Shown here: piece by piece, positions 1-13,186 of the stretch
Position numbering within the stretch: the stretch's first letter is position 1
Layout: every line of letters starts with the position of its first letter
Assembly: GCA_030265395.1 (NCBI GenBank)
Contig: JARFYF010000059.1
Coordinates: 18,569,073-18,633,072, forward strand
Source: Rhina ancylostomus
Lineage: Eukaryota
DNA length: 64,000 nucleotides
Direction of reading: 5' to 3'
The notes under the pieces: model-generated
Seen by the model: only the letters and a program-made list of their open reading frames with translations
What the model was told of the DNA's origin: nothing
Database searches by the model: none
Program-made: the position numbers and the translations under genes

Positions 1-175
1 TGGGGGGGGAGGGGGAGAGAGTGGACTGTTGGGGGGGGAGGGGGAGAGAGTGGACTGTTGGGGGGGAGAGGGAGAAAGTGGACTGTTGGGGGGGGAGAGG
101 GAGAGAGTGGGCTGTGAGGGGGGTGGGGAGAGCGTGGACTGTTGGGGGGGAGAGGGAGAGTGTGGGCTGTGAGGG
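1..175. repeat. G-rich minisatellite, unit about 29-30 bp (GTGGACTGTTGGGGGGGAGAGGGAGAGA), truncated by the window edge
   Basis: About six imperfect copies are directly visible, with variable G-run length. Confidence 0.85.
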
Positions 176-335
176 GTGATGTTGGATGGGATGTTACATG
201 GAGGCTTGGTCTGCTTTCTCTGCAATAGGACAGCTTTGAAGACTAGCAGAGTTGTTCCCAGTGTGCTGGCCACTGTTGACCCTAAGACAACATCACAAAT
301 CACTTGTGTAAATTTGTTGCCATCTTCCTGGCATA

Positions 336-660
336 TTGGTAAATTGAATTGGTAAATTATTGTCACATGTACTGTGGTGCAGTGAAAAACTTTGTTTTGC
401 ATACCATCCATACAGATCAATTCATCACTTCAGTTCATCGAGGTAGTGCACGGGGAAAGCAGTAACAAAATGCAGAATGAAATGTTGCAGAGGAAGTGCA
501 GTGAAAGTAGACAATAGGTGTAAGGCCATGAGGTAGATTGTGAGGTCAAGAGTGCATCTTATTGTACTTGAGGTCTGTTCAATAATAGAAGCTGGCCTCG
601 AGCCTGATAGTACATGCTTTCAGGCTTTTGTATCTTCTGCCCGATGGGAGGGGGGGAGAG
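336..660 (-). mobile_element. Rex1/Babar-like LINE 3' end fragment
   Basis: Reverse complement matches the 3' end of the element at 51750-52307 (TTATTGTCACATGTAC...CAGTGAAAAACTT...GTATCTTCTGCCCGATGGGAG). Confidence 0.7.
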
Positions 661-1229
661 AATGTATTAAGTATGCACTTTAGATCATCCTGTAAAATGT
701 TTTAAAAAAAAGATGATGTATAAATGCAAGTGGTTTTTCAGAAAGTGCTGGCTCTCATTGAGATAGAGACAGCCAAGTTGCAGGCACTGATCGCAAGTTT
801 TGGATGTTGGATTGAGCACTGGCAATTCTACAATGATTATATAACAATTCTTAACTGATGATCAATTGCTGAACCAGAGAAGGTTACACATCTGGAAACA
901 GCCATTGGGAAATTAAGTATCAAGCACTTGGGTAAAGGAGTAGCATAGTTAGGCAGAGAGATGCAACGCTCTGCAGATGTTGGAATCTAGAGCAACAAAC
1001 AACCTGTTGGAGAAACTCAGTCCAATTAGCACAATTAATTCTACAAATGTATTTTGCAACTTGATCTGGATACTGAGAATCACTCAGGAACGAAGGAAAA
1101 TACAGGTGCATTGCTCATTACAGTCTATTTAGCCCAGTTGGCTTATGTTGATATATTTCACAAAAGATTCCTCCCACTTTGTACTTTCCCCATCCTATAT
1201 TTCACCATCCCTAATATACGAACATCAAA

Positions 1230-1850
1230 AAGCAGCAAGTAATTAGGAAGGCTACTTGCAATGTCAGTGTTTATTGCGAGGGAGATGGAATATAAAACAA
1301 GCGAAGTTTGATGCAGCTTTACAGCATTCTGGTGGACACCACACACCTGGAGTACTCTGTACAATTGGTCTCCATATTTGAAGAATGATGTACTTGTATT
1401 AGAGGCTATGCAAGAAAGGTTTACTAGTTTGATTCCTGAATTGAATGGACTGATGTATGAAGAAGGGTTGGGCTTATACTCAATAGAATTTGGAAAAAAA
1501 TGAGAGGTGATTTTATTGAAATATAAAATTCTGAGGGGGATTTATAGAATGGATGCTGAGAGAAAGTTTCCCCTAGTGGTATTATCTTGAATGAGAAGGC
1601 ATTTAAAAGGGAGATGTGGAAGAATTTCTTCTGTCAGAGAATCATGACTTTTTAGAATTTTCAATCTCAAAGAGCTATGGAGGTGGAATCATTAAATATA
1701 TTCCAGGCAGAGACAGACAGACAGACATTTAAATGATAAGGGAATCAAGGGATACGGAGGGAGAGAGGGAAAGTGGTCTTGAGATCAGCCATGACCTTTG
1801 TGAGTGCAGAGCAGGCTCAAGGGGCCTATTGCCCTGCTACTGCTCTTGTT
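1230..1850 (+). mobile_element. CR1-group LINE 3' fragment, decayed
   Basis: CR1 RT 3' signature CACCTGGAGTACT...TGGTCTCCATATTTGAAGAATGAT, followed by the typical tail (TGAGAGGTGATTTTATTGAAA...GATCAGCCATGA). Confidence 0.7.
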
Positions 1851-2204
1851 TCTTTCTTTTCCTTTGAAAGCATTACTGCACTTTGGCTCATCCACACAAT
1901 GAACAATGAGTTCATCATTCTCACTTTCTTGGTAAAATTTATTTCAGCATCTGCAGTCCTTTCTCTAAAAATTATTCTAAGCTCTTTATTTGATCTATTG
2001 GTGTCTTTTAATGGCCTTGTTCTGCAGTTGCCTACATTTGCAGTTTATCCAAGTCTGTCTTATGGCCAAGTGCTCTCAGCTCCCAGAGCTGGAGAGCTCT
2101 GGCAGGTTTCCTGTTAGTCTTCTCTGATGCAAAGAGCCCAGCTTTCTCAAACTTTCCTGATGGTTGCTTTCAATTCTGTAACAAATATTTTTTTCCTTAC
2201 ATGA

Positions 2205-3440
2205 GAAAATAAGAATTAGGAGCAGGAGTAAGCCAATTGACCCTTCTAGCCTGCTTCACTATTCATCAAGATCATAAGTCAGAGTTATACTGCATAGAAA
2301 ATGGGCCCTTCAGCTTACCACGTCCATGGTGATATTTTTGCCCATCTACATGAATCCCATTTGCCTGCCTTCTATGCCTTTCCTATTCAAGTGCCTGTCT
2401 AAATGTCTCATAAACAGGTGATTGTATCTGATTCCACCACCATCTCTTGCAGCAAGTTCCAGATATTAACCACTCTCTGTGTAAAGAAAAGACTTGCCCC
2501 CAGATCCTCTTTAAAACTCANNNNNNNNNNNNNNNNNNNNNNNNNNNNNNNNNNNNNNTGACTGTGGGGAAAAGATTCGGATAATCTATCTTGTCTATGA
2601 CTCGTATAATTTTATATACCTCTATCAAGTCACGCCTCAGCATCCTTCACTCCATGGAAAACATGCCCAGTCTGTCCAATATCTCCCTATACTAAAGTCC
2701 TTCAATCCAGGCAATGTTGTGATGTTTCTCCTCAACACTCTTTCCGGCACAAGCACATCCTTCCTGCAGCGTGGTGACCAGAACTGACACAATATTCCAG
2801 GTGCTTTCGAACCAGTGTTCTGTAAAATTGCAACATAACATCCAAACTTTTATATTCTATGCTCTGACTTAAAAGCAAACATTCCATATGCCTTCTTCAC
2901 TGCCTTATCTTCCTGTGTTGCCACTTTTAGAGGACTATGGATTTGAACCCTAAGGTCCCTCTGTTCAACATTCCTTGGTGCCCTACCACTTATATATTCA
3001 TCATTATTTTCTACCTCAGTTTCTCAGACAGTAAAGGAAAATAGTACTTTTTTTACTATCCCTACATTCCTTCATTCACTTAATATTCTGAAAGCTATCA
3101 ATCTATTTTTCAATGAACCCAGTGATTCAGCCCTCTAGGGTAGAGAATTCTGAAGAAATTTCTCCTCATCTTTATCATTAGAATTATCTACACGTTGAGT
3201 GAAACTGTGTCCCCTGCTATGGATTCCTCACCCAGGGGAAATGTCCTCCCTGCATCCAACCTGCTGAGCGCTTGTAAGAATTGTAAGAGTTTTGCAAGGT
3301 TTAATTAGGTAACCTCTTGTTTTTCTAAGTTCTCTAACCAGCTCAATATCTCCTCATAGGACAAACTTCAAGAGAACGGCCAAATATATAATTTTTTAAA
3401 CTGTACATAATACTCTAGGTGCAGTCTCATCAACACCTGT
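2205..3440 (-). mobile_element. CR1-group LINE fragments, antisense (at least two pieces)
   Basis: Reverse-complement CR1 motifs (GTGACCAGAACTGACACAATATTCCAGGTG; TATGCCTTCTTCAC; AACTGTACATAATACTCTAGGTG). Confidence 0.6.
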
Positions 3441-4239
3441 TTTTTTTAAAGCTTTTAATATTGAAATGAGTTGCACATAACTGCACTCCGAAGTTGCAGT
3501 CAAGTTTCCTGGTTTCATAACCTTAAAAAGCCCCCTTCTTAACAGATTTATTGTATATCTTACCAGGGTCCATGGGCCTGTTGGTGATATAGGGGAAATC
3601 GTTTAACGAAGTTACCATGGCTAGACCACCATGATATTACGCCCCTAAGGTGAAGCAAAACCCCTGTGAAAACTGTCTAATAATACCCCCCAGCAGAAAA
3701 TAAAATCCCAACCCATACTAAATCTGTATACACATAAATCAACAGCAGTCCAGATTGTGAACAGTCACCCAAGGTGGTAGTTTGTTGGTGACTTCCAAAA
3801 TATCCGTGCAAAAAGATTACAAGCCATAGTCTAAATGTGGACATCCAACTTATCACAAACGCAAAATATTGCAGATTCTGGAAATCCTAATATAAAAAGC
3901 ACTGGAAGTACACTGCAAGTCAGTTTGCAGGGAACAGGGAAACATATTTAATGATTCTGCTCAATAACTTTTCATCAGGGGTTCTCTATTTCTCACTCAA
4001 CTGATCCTGCCTGACCGGCTGAATGTTGCAAAAACTTTGTTTTACTTCATATGAGCCCTCCTCCAGTGTTACTGATCTGCCAGCCATGTGGTTTGGACAG
4101 TCATCTGAAGGTAACAGACAGCCGCTGTACACGGAAATGTGCTCCAGACTCCAGCATCTGCAGCCTCGTTTCTCCAGCCGATGTGCTGGGTTTCTGATTG
4201 AGAACGATCAGCGTATCTTTCATTTGCAAAGCAAAATAG

Positions 4240-4724
4240 ATCAATGTTTTGCTGGGCGAGGTCAAGCGGCTCCCGCTGGTTTCCGGTCACCGTCTCCATG
4301 GTGACGGGTTAATTCCAAGATGGCGCCCGAGGCCGCTGCCACAACGTGACGAGCCGGAACCCCTCCGTCGCCATTTTGTGCTGCCGCTCCGCACAGCGGC
4401 TGCCCTTCCACGGGCGGACAGAGCCAAAGGGCCGGCAACTTATCCGCGTATGTGGAGCCTCCGAAAGGTGCGAGGGGAACTAGGTGGCGGGAAGACAGAG
4501 GACTCCTGCGAGAAACTGCTGAGGACTGCATCACCCAGCGGACCCGGCGTCCTCGCACATGCGCAGAGTGTCGGGGGCAGCAGCCCGCGCAGGCGCAGTT
4601 GCGGTGAAATTTTCACTTGACAGGAGCTTCGAGACGGTTTGAAGCTGTTCCACTGCAGACAATAAATCTGCACCCTGTTCATGTCACGTTCAGCTTCTGT
4701 GGCACAGAGGCCGCCCCTCTTCAG
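4240..4724. promoter_or_regulatory. ZBTB48: CpG-island promoter of ZBTB48, with non-coding exon 1 ending at 4724
   Basis: High CpG density. NRF1-type motifs CGCACATGCGCA (about 4555) and GCGCAGGCGCA (about 4587). YY1 motifs AAGATGGCG (about 4317) and CGCCATTTT (about 4369). Donor CAG|GTAAAG at 4724/4725. The ATG exon has an acceptor 2 nt before the ATG, so an upstream exon is required. Confidence 0.75.
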
Positions 4725-5754
4725 GTAAAGAAACGTAGAATGAGTTGTCTAAAAGGCAAAATGCAGTCTTCGTACTGTCGGTGAACAGCCCTTCAGCCTT
4801 TGCTACTTTGGGGTGTATGAGGTAATGGAGGGAAATGAGTCTTCACACATCTTCAATGTTTTGACACTGACTGCCTGTTTGTGTGCTTTTCTGTGCTTCT
4901 GAATCGCTCACTGATAGTTTAATTGTATAGATTTTTGTTAAAATTATTTTGAGCTGAAGAGGCCCCCTTTAAAACTTAAAAATCCATTAAGTTGCTGAAA
5001 ACGTAAGTACCAATTAGCCAAAATGTCTGTGCCTGTAGAACAAGTAAACCATAAAGAGTCAACTTACAATTCAGTTACTTGGAAGTATCCTGCTGTTTTG
5101 TGTGTATGGCTCAGTTGAGAGAATAGAGTTGTTTATCCTGGAGAGAGGAAGGTGACGGAATCCTCTGTAGTAATGAAGTTCTTTTCTTTCAAATAGTTAT
5201 AGTGATGGTTCTTTTTATTCATTTCTTGTTCCTTGCTTACCCAATAGTTCAGCCCTTGTTTATCTGGACTTGTTCCCCTGCACCAATCCAATATCATAAC
5301 AACTGACATATTGGCCCTTATTTTAGATTCTTTCAGAGTCTTTCTGTACCTACGTACTGGAGTCTTAATTAACCCCTTATTATTTCCCTGAATGCTTGTT
5401 TTCTCCTTTTATACCTTTTTCCTTTCTCCAACGGTGATGAATCTTCTGTCACGTTGCCCAGGAACTCCATTGCTAACAGTTTTGTTGTTGTTCTTTCCTA
5501 CTTTTTAAAAATTTGCCCTGTTTAGCTGGTCCATTATCTACTCTGTTCTTTTTAAGTCAAACATATTGGGATTTGCTTCTGTAGAATTTTTTTATGAAAT
5601 ATTTTTAATCAAGTACTTGATGAACCACCATCGTAAATTCAGCTCATTTACTGAAGCAGTTTGTGGGAGAATAAGAAATCTGGATGGGATTTAACCAATT
5701 TACTTGGAACACATTCAGATAGTGTGTTATATTTGACTAAACCTAAGAGATAGT

Positions 5755-6770
5755 TGAGACACACTGCTGGAATCTGGAGCAACAAATAATCTGCTTGAGG
5801 AACTCAGCGGGTAAAGCAGCATCTGTGGGCAGAAAGGAATCGTTGTCGTTCTGGGTGGAAACTCTGTATCAGGACATAGAGAGTGGAGAGGTAAAATGAC
5901 CAGTATAAAGAGGGGAGGGGGAGTGGTAAGACAGGAGTCTAAGGTGGACTGAGGGGGTGTAATTGATATCTATTCATTTAAGGTATTAGTCAAATGTACG
6001 TCGAAACACACAGTGAAATGCATCTTTTTGTGTGACTGAGAATGATTTGGGGGCAGCCCACAAGTGTTGCCACTCTTCCGGCATCAACGTAGCATGCCCG
6101 ACGCTCCTAACATGTACACCTTTGGATTGTGGGAGGAAACCGGAGCACTTGGAGGCACCCNNNNNNNNNNNNNNNNNNNNNNNNNNNNNNNNNNNNNNNN
6201 NNNNNNNNNNNNNNNNNNNNNNNNNNNNNNNNNNNNNNNNNNNNNNNNNNNNNNNNNNNNNNNNNNNNNNNNNNNNNNNNNNNNNNNNNNNNNNNNNNNN
6301 NNNNNGGGGGGAGACAGGGGCAGGTGAATGATGGGTGGTGGCAGACGATGAGAGTTAAAGACAATACTGGGAGGCAGATGGAGCAAGGTGGGCGAAGACA
6401 AGTGTGAAGGTTGGAGGCAGCTGTTGGAGGGAGATCAGCAGAAACACAAAGGGGCACCAGTACTGGACTCTGATAAGTAAAGAAGGTGAGAATGGGAGCC
6501 ATTAGGGGAGAGATGAATGGCAGTTGGAACCAGAACGGGTGGGTGGGGTGGTAAACCTGTGTGTGTAGTGCATGGAACTAAGGCAAGGAGGGATATGGTC
6601 ATGGGGGGGCCGGGGAGAGGGGGTTGAGACAAAGGGGACAAAAATGGAAGGGGGGGGAAGAGAGAGTTCAATACATCTGATGAGGGGTTATTGTCTTAAT
6701 TCTTTCTCTACCCCTGATGCTGAAAGATCTGCCAAGTAACTGCAGCATTTTCTATCTTATTCCACAGATA
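5755..6770. mobile_element. Penelope-like terminal-repeat element with inverted ends, interrupted by a SINE (about 5970-6300)
   Basis: Head GCTGGAATCTGGAGCAACAAATAATCTGCTTGAGGAACTCAGCGGG...GCAGCATCTGTGG; inverted tail GATGCTG...CTGCAGCATTTTCT; purine-rich interior. Confidence 0.55.
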
Positions 6771-7993
6771 GCAATATGACACTGATCAACTCTTTTTTTG
6801 AGAATGAGGGATTGGCCAAGACAAAAGGAAAAAACATCCCCATCTCTTTGGAAAATAGTATCATTGGATTGATTGCATACAATTGAGAGGGCAAACAGCG
6901 CTTGAGTTAAACTTCACATCAGAAAGCTCTGGAAGTCCAGGTCTTGTACACTGGAAATGTCAGATGAGGTTTTGTGATTAGATCTTTGGACTGGAACTTT
7001 AACGTTTTGATTTCGGGGGTCAAGACCTTTACCACTAAAAATGGCAGTTATCATAGGCATTTTCAAAGGAAGCTCTACTTGTGACTGTCAGCTCCATTTA
7101 ACAAAATTTCATTGGATCAGACTTTTTCCCCAGTCCCAGTCAACTAAACACATTCCTGTTCACTCTCAATTGCAAACAGTCTCAATGGACCAAACAGAAT
7201 AAATGTCAAAACCTTCCCATGCATTCCAACCATTACTCAATTAATGAATGTTAAGGCAACCTTGTCTGTTACATTACTTGGGCATATTGCTAAACTGCTA
7301 AATGTACTGTGTATTGCTGTATTACCCTAAGTTGTACAGTGTGGCTGCTAGTGTGATGTTGACTTTTGCACAATGATGTATACTAGCCTTGTTTACAGCA
7401 TTGTCTGTTCTAGTTTATGGTGAATCAATGATTGTGGGGTGCAGAAGTATGTTTTACCTGCAATTAATTGAAATCCTTGCTTTTACATTAAGTATCCCCT
7501 TGTATGCAAAATCTCTTTTTTAAAGAAAATATTCTATTTGTGAAACTGAAGCAACTATTAAGAAATAGAAAACCATGAAATCACTCTGAGTGGCTGTTGG
7601 ATGGGAGGGGTAAGAAATGGCCAAAAAGTCTCATTGGGACTTTAACAAAATATATCCACAAACTGTGTGGGGAACTTTACTCTGTGCTGTACCTGCCTTG
7701 GGAGTATTTCATGGTACAATTGGAGTGATCTTTGGAACGGTACAGCAGGGAAAGAACAATGCAGTTAGTCCCCTCAACTGCTCTTTTCCCCATTGCCCTG
7801 CAATTCTTATGTGACTTTATCCAATTTTTTCTCTCTTTGTAAGGCTTCTATTGAATACATTAAATATGTCATCTTTTGATTCTGTTTAATCCTGTGCTGC
7901 ATCTATCCTGGAAGTGTGTAATGAAACAGTGTTGATCATACTTATTGCAAATAGGAGGAATAACTCCTTCACTCCTGTTTTCTTTTTAAAGAT

Positions 7994-8970
7994 ATGCAAG
8001 ACCATTTTTCTGAACACAGTAAGAAAATTCTTCATGCTTTGAACAAACAACGTGAAGATGGTAAATTTTGCGATGTGACTCTGGACCTAGGAGGTTATTG
8101 TTTAAATGCACACCGCAGTATCCTGGCATGTTGTAGTAATTTCTTCCACAATATCTATGGAGCTGGCACATCTGCTGAAGTCAACCTTCCTGAGAGTTGC
8201 TCTAGTGTTTTGGGCCTTCTGTTTGACTTTATTTACACAGGTGAGCTTCATTTGACACAAACAAATGTCTCCAAGGTACTAAGTGCAGCAGAGGAACTTT
8301 CAATCCCTGATGCTATTCAGGCTTGTCACCATTATCAGCAGAAGTTCATCGATGATGAGAGGAGGAGTGATGAAACCATAAGCAGCCAACAAACAGATGA
8401 ATGTGAACTTGCAAAGGCACCAGTAGATACTATAACGCAAACTGAAGTTCTCGAGGGACAAATCACAAATAATGATTTTGGACAATTTGGCAAAAGGAGC
8501 ACCAGATGCAATAAAAAACAAAAACTTGAGTTGCTAACTGAGAAACAGAATGACAAAATAAGATCCCTTGCTGTTCAGAAAAGATCTAAAAATTCCTTGA
8601 CATCCCACAGAAGCCCAAGTTCTAAACAGCTGAAGAAAGCCAAAGAAGGTGATTCAGGAGACAGCAGTGAAGAGAACTGTCATGAGAGCAGCAGTGGCAA
8701 TAGTGACCCTAGCTTGGATATGGACATCGTGAAAGTGGAGCACAATGAGGAAGATGCAAACAACAAGGGAGAACTGGACCATGATTATATTCCATCTAGG
8801 CACAATTGTAGGAAACGGAGAAAAGCTGGGGTGCTAGATAACACAGCATTAGTGCTGGGCACATCTAAGCGCAAGGCCTCGGACCCATCAAACAGAAAGA
8901 ATGAGCCCATTGAGTGTCCAACTTGTCATAAGAAGTTTCTCAGCAAATATTACCTCAAAGTTCACAACAG
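7994..8970 (+). CDS. ZBTB48: ZBTB48/TZAP coding exon 1: BTB/POZ domain, linker and zinc finger 1
   Basis: Acceptor TTTTTAAAG at 7991 and ATG at 7994. BTB motif HSKKILHALNKQREDGKFCDVTL...AHRSILACCS...LLFDFIYTGEL. Finger CPTCHKKFLSKYYLKVHNR as in ZBTB48. Donor AG|GTAAAC, phase 2. Confidence 0.96.
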
Positions 8971-9879
8971 GTAAACTCACAGGCTTCTTGATCTTGTTTT
9001 TAGTTGTTGAAGTTAACAGACATGTCATATCACAGTGGGGAATGACAGCAACCCAATAGCAATTGTTGGTGGTGAGATGATTTAGAATCATCTGAGATCA
9101 AGGGTCAGTTTGCTGGCCTGAAACTACTCCCAAGTATCCATTTTCTTTTGAAGTGAAATAATGTACCATGCTCTCATTTTGTTTTGTCTCTTGGGAAAAG
9201 AGAACATTTTTATAAAAGAGCTCAAAGCACCATGGGATTGGTTTAGGGGATGCTGGTGGTGTGGGGAGAGGTGGGTGATTGTGGGGAAGCAAACCTCATG
9301 ACTGAGCAATGTAGGTGTATAGTCAGATCTGAACAGCAACCTGAATATTATCACCAGAGGACTGTTACATATTTCAGACTAATCAAATGTCATTAATAAT
9401 GCAACTAGGATCCCTGCACTTTGAAATTCACCTTGCTCTCTCAGAATTTAAATGACAGACCATTATATTTCCACATTCTGACCCATGGCTATTGATTTTT
9501 ATTTTATGATCTAGAATGTTTCTACTAGTTTGTGTTTCTTGATACTTGAGCATGATTTTTTAATTTATGAATACTGTTAAAGGAAGTTTCATGACATCCA
9601 AAGCAGAGAATATGATTGTAGTTCCTGTACTGTGTTTGATAGTGGTAATGCTATTTGTATTCAAGGAAAATGTAATTATCGTATGGGGGCAGGGGTCACG
9701 ATGAAGTGTCATCTTAAACCAATAAGACACAATGTGGCCTTAATTTTTCTGTTGCCTGGGCTTTTATTTTTAATATCAATGTACTTTGAGAAATTATATT
9801 GAAGAATGTAATTGCCTGGATACACTTATTTGGATGATTATCCTTCTGGGTTTCTGTTGCTCTCATTCATTGCGTTTTA

Positions 9880-11130
9880 AGTTTTCAGGATGTGGGCATG
9901 GATGACAAAGCCAGCATTTACTGCCCTTAAGAAGGTGGTGATGAGTCACTGCAGTCCCTCTGGTGAATGTACTTCCACAATGCTTTTGGATAGGGGATGG
10001 TGAATTGTGGAGGAACCTGCAGGTGGTACTGTCCCATGCTGCTGCTGTCCTCATCCTCTTTGGTCGCAGAAGTCATGAGTTTGAGAGGTGCTTTAGGAAA
10101 AGCCTAGGCAAGTCTCTGGTTTGTTGATGGTGCATTGATGGTGAAGGGAATGAATGTTTAGTGGGAGTTGAATAATGTGCCTGCCATTTGCTCCACTGTC
10201 TTGTACGGTGTTCAAACTACTTGGATGTTGTTGGTGCCAAACTCATTCAGGCAAGTGGAGAATATTTCATCGTGCCTCTTATGTGCCATGGTAGATGGTT
10301 GAAAGGTTTTAGAATGTCAGGGGATGCCATTTTCAGCAGGTTAGCCAGACTCTGAACCGTTCTGTTAGCCACTGTATTTGTGGTTGATCCAGATGAGTAT
10401 TTGGTGATCCCCGGATGTTGCTGTCAGGGGACTCAGCAATGGTAATACCACCAAATATGAAGGTGGTTTAGACTCCTTTATTGGAGATGGCCACTTTAGT
10501 GGAACATTGTTGGTTGCCATTTATCACCCTCTGCCTGAATGTTGTCTTGGTCTGCTGCACATAGGTATACATTGGTTCAAGACTCCTTGATGCCACTCTT
10601 GTCCAAATACTCCCTGATTTCAAGAGCATTCTCTCTCCCCTCACCTCTGGAATTCAACTCTTTGGACCAATGCTGTGATGAGGTCTGGAGCTCTTTTTAG
10701 TTCTGGTGAAACCCAAGCAGGATGTTGGTGAACATGGCGTATCGCTAGCTCATTAGCTGAGGGAAGATGGTAGGTGGTAATTGGGAGGTTTCTTGCCTAC
10801 GTTTGACCTGATGCAAAGAGATGTCATGGGTTCTGGAGTCAATGTTGTGGACTCTCAGAGCTACTTCCTCCTGACTGTATGCCATTGTGCTGCCCTCTTT
10901 TCCCCCATCTTGGATCTGTCATGCATAATTGTTCCTACCAATTATGATAAGGTATGAATCTGAATATGATGTCAAACTGTGAATATGTCAGACTGTTGCT
11001 TGGTTTGTCTGTGAGGTAGTATCTGAATTTGGATACCAGTCACCAGATCTTTTAGTGAGGACATTTGCTGTGTATGAATTTAGTGCCTAGGTTGATGCCA
11101 GATGTTCTGTCCAGTTTTAGTTCTGTGCTT
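9880..11130 (-). mobile_element. Decayed LINE (CR1/L2 group), antisense in a ZBTB48 intron
   Basis: Tail GCATTTACTGCCC...GAAGGTGGTGATGAG is shared with copies at about 18540-18850 (-) and 46780-46980 (+, AGGGATGGGCAATAAATGCT). Confidence 0.55.
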
Positions 11131-11269
11131 TGATATAGCAGGTGTGATAAGAATGGTTTACTAGAACAGTTCAGAGGGCACTTTTTGGCCATCTTGCTGT
11201 GGGTCTGGAGTCCTAAAAGAATGGCAGACTTCCTTAACTGAAGAACATTTTAGTGAGTCAGATGGGTTT

Positions 11270-11545
11270 ATATTTAGATATTTATTAGTCACATGTACAT
11301 TGAAACAGTCTTTTTGCATTACTGAGAATGTGCTGGGGGCAGCCCACTAGTGTCACCACTCTTCTGGTGCCAACATAGAATGCCCACAACTCCTAACCTG
11401 TACGTCTTTGGAATGTGGGAGGACACTGGAGCATCTGGAGGAAACCCACGCAGACACACGGGGAGAACGTACAAACTCCTTACAGACAGCAGTGGGAATT
11501 GAACTGCTGCCGCTGTAATAGTGTTACGCTAACTGCTATACTTTA
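11270..11545 (-). mobile_element. V-SINE/HE1-type tRNA-derived SINE
   Basis: Conserved core TTGGAATGTGGGAGG...GGAGGAAACCCACGCAGACAC...GGGAGAACGTACAAACTCC, also present at about 6120, 17020 and 56800. Confidence 0.7.
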
Positions 11546-13186
11546 ACTTTTAGATTATTAATTGAATTTCCATAATGACCATTATAGGATTTGGTACTGA
11601 CCTGTATTGTTAATCCAGGTTTCTGGGGGTACCAGTAACTTGCCTAATTTAACTACTGTACCAACATCACTCCCCAATGGTGCAATGAATATGCCTTGAG
11701 ACTGACAACAGTATTGACAAGTTTTTTTACTCCAGACCTATGTCCACATGGGACTACTGGAACCTTCTGTTGAGCTTGCAGGAATAGAAAACTCTGTTAC
11801 AGTGCCCCAAGGGTCCATTGCCCTTTCGTTTACTATCTAATTTGCCCTATTCTGTTCGTAAAAGGAAATCTGCAAATGTCTCCTCTTCAATTTTTCATTA
11901 ACCACCTTCTACCTCTTTGATAATTATCACTGAATCTGCTTCCATCAACCCACCTTCAGTGTCTCTAAATCATAATATTCCAAACAAAATATTTCTTTCC
12001 TGCTATTGCCTCTGGTTCTTTCTCTAATAGTCTTCAACCACTGGAAATAATTTTTCCTAATTAGTCTCTTCTCTTGACTTCGGCGCCCTCTGCTGTAAAG
12101 AAGCATTTCTGAGAAAAATACTTTAAATTTAAAAGCCATCAGTCCTGCTGTTGATAGCAATATTCCCATATAATAAATTACAGGAAAAAAATGTATTAGC
12201 ATGTTATATCTAGGAAACAGTACTTACTATGCTCATAAAGACTGTTACTGAATCCATGTTGTTACATATTTCTAACATGACAATCAACTCCTAATTAAGA
12301 AATGATTTCTTCTGATCCTGAAATAATGATTACAAGATCATCACTTCTTCAGTAGCTACCTAAGCCTATGACCTGCACCACCAAGAAGGTCCAGAAGTAA
12401 ACCACATCGCAGTCTGATTTTAAACATATGTAGGCCATTTCTGCATAATTAAAGGTAGTTTGCCACTGCCTTGTTGGGGACCTCTGGAGATGGCCAATAA
12501 TTGGTGGCCTTTCCAGAAGTGTCCAGGTGAATTAATTGAAAGGAAAATTGAAAAGAAAGCTTGTTTAACTATTTTAACTAACCCAAATCAGAACAGTAGC
12601 CACTTTGGCTTCAGTTGTTCAAAGCTTTGCCTTCCAATTTTGTTCTGTGTCAATCTGAGGAACCTTAGTGACTTTAGTCCCAAGGTTTGCATTATACTAG
12701 TTTAAATCTGTATGCCATTATTCTATACTTGTGGTTTAGTTTGGAGTATATTCTGGACCATTTTTTTTCATTGTTTACTATCTTACCTGCTTGGTCTTGG
12801 TTGGATAGAATAAGTATTTCTTGTGAACTAGAAATCAGGTGGTTGGAAACCACTTCCTGGGCTTGGATGTTCTTATTAGTTCTTCAACTGTTGAAATCAA
12901 TTTAGGATAGTTGAGGTTAATTCTCCCCTTTTTTATCCCCCATTGTACCTTTTTCCTGCCGTACAACTGGCCACTGTCTCTTAGAAACAATTTTGTAAAT
13001 GCAGAATGTGTTTGTTGGAAACTGAAGAAAAAATAATTTAGTATGTTAACTTCTAAAGAAAACCACTCTTTATACTGTTGACTTTGTGTATTTCCTGTTT
13101 GTATTCCTAATATTGAGGTGGCCTTTATTTAATATTGCAGTAACTCTTGTATAAACTAACAAATTCCTAATGTGTTTTGCCTTTAG

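Noticed and set aside
4069-4682. Several overlapping ORFs in the ZBTB48 CpG island, considered as a NOL9 first exon
   Set aside because: No NOL9-like motif is recognisable. GC-rich DNA yields such ORFs by chance, and 4069-4299 runs into a repeat.
6032-6502. ORFs spanning N-runs (also near 27.8, 47.2, 48.3, 59.5 and 60.8 kb)
   Set aside because: Their length is an artefact of undetermined bases translated as X.
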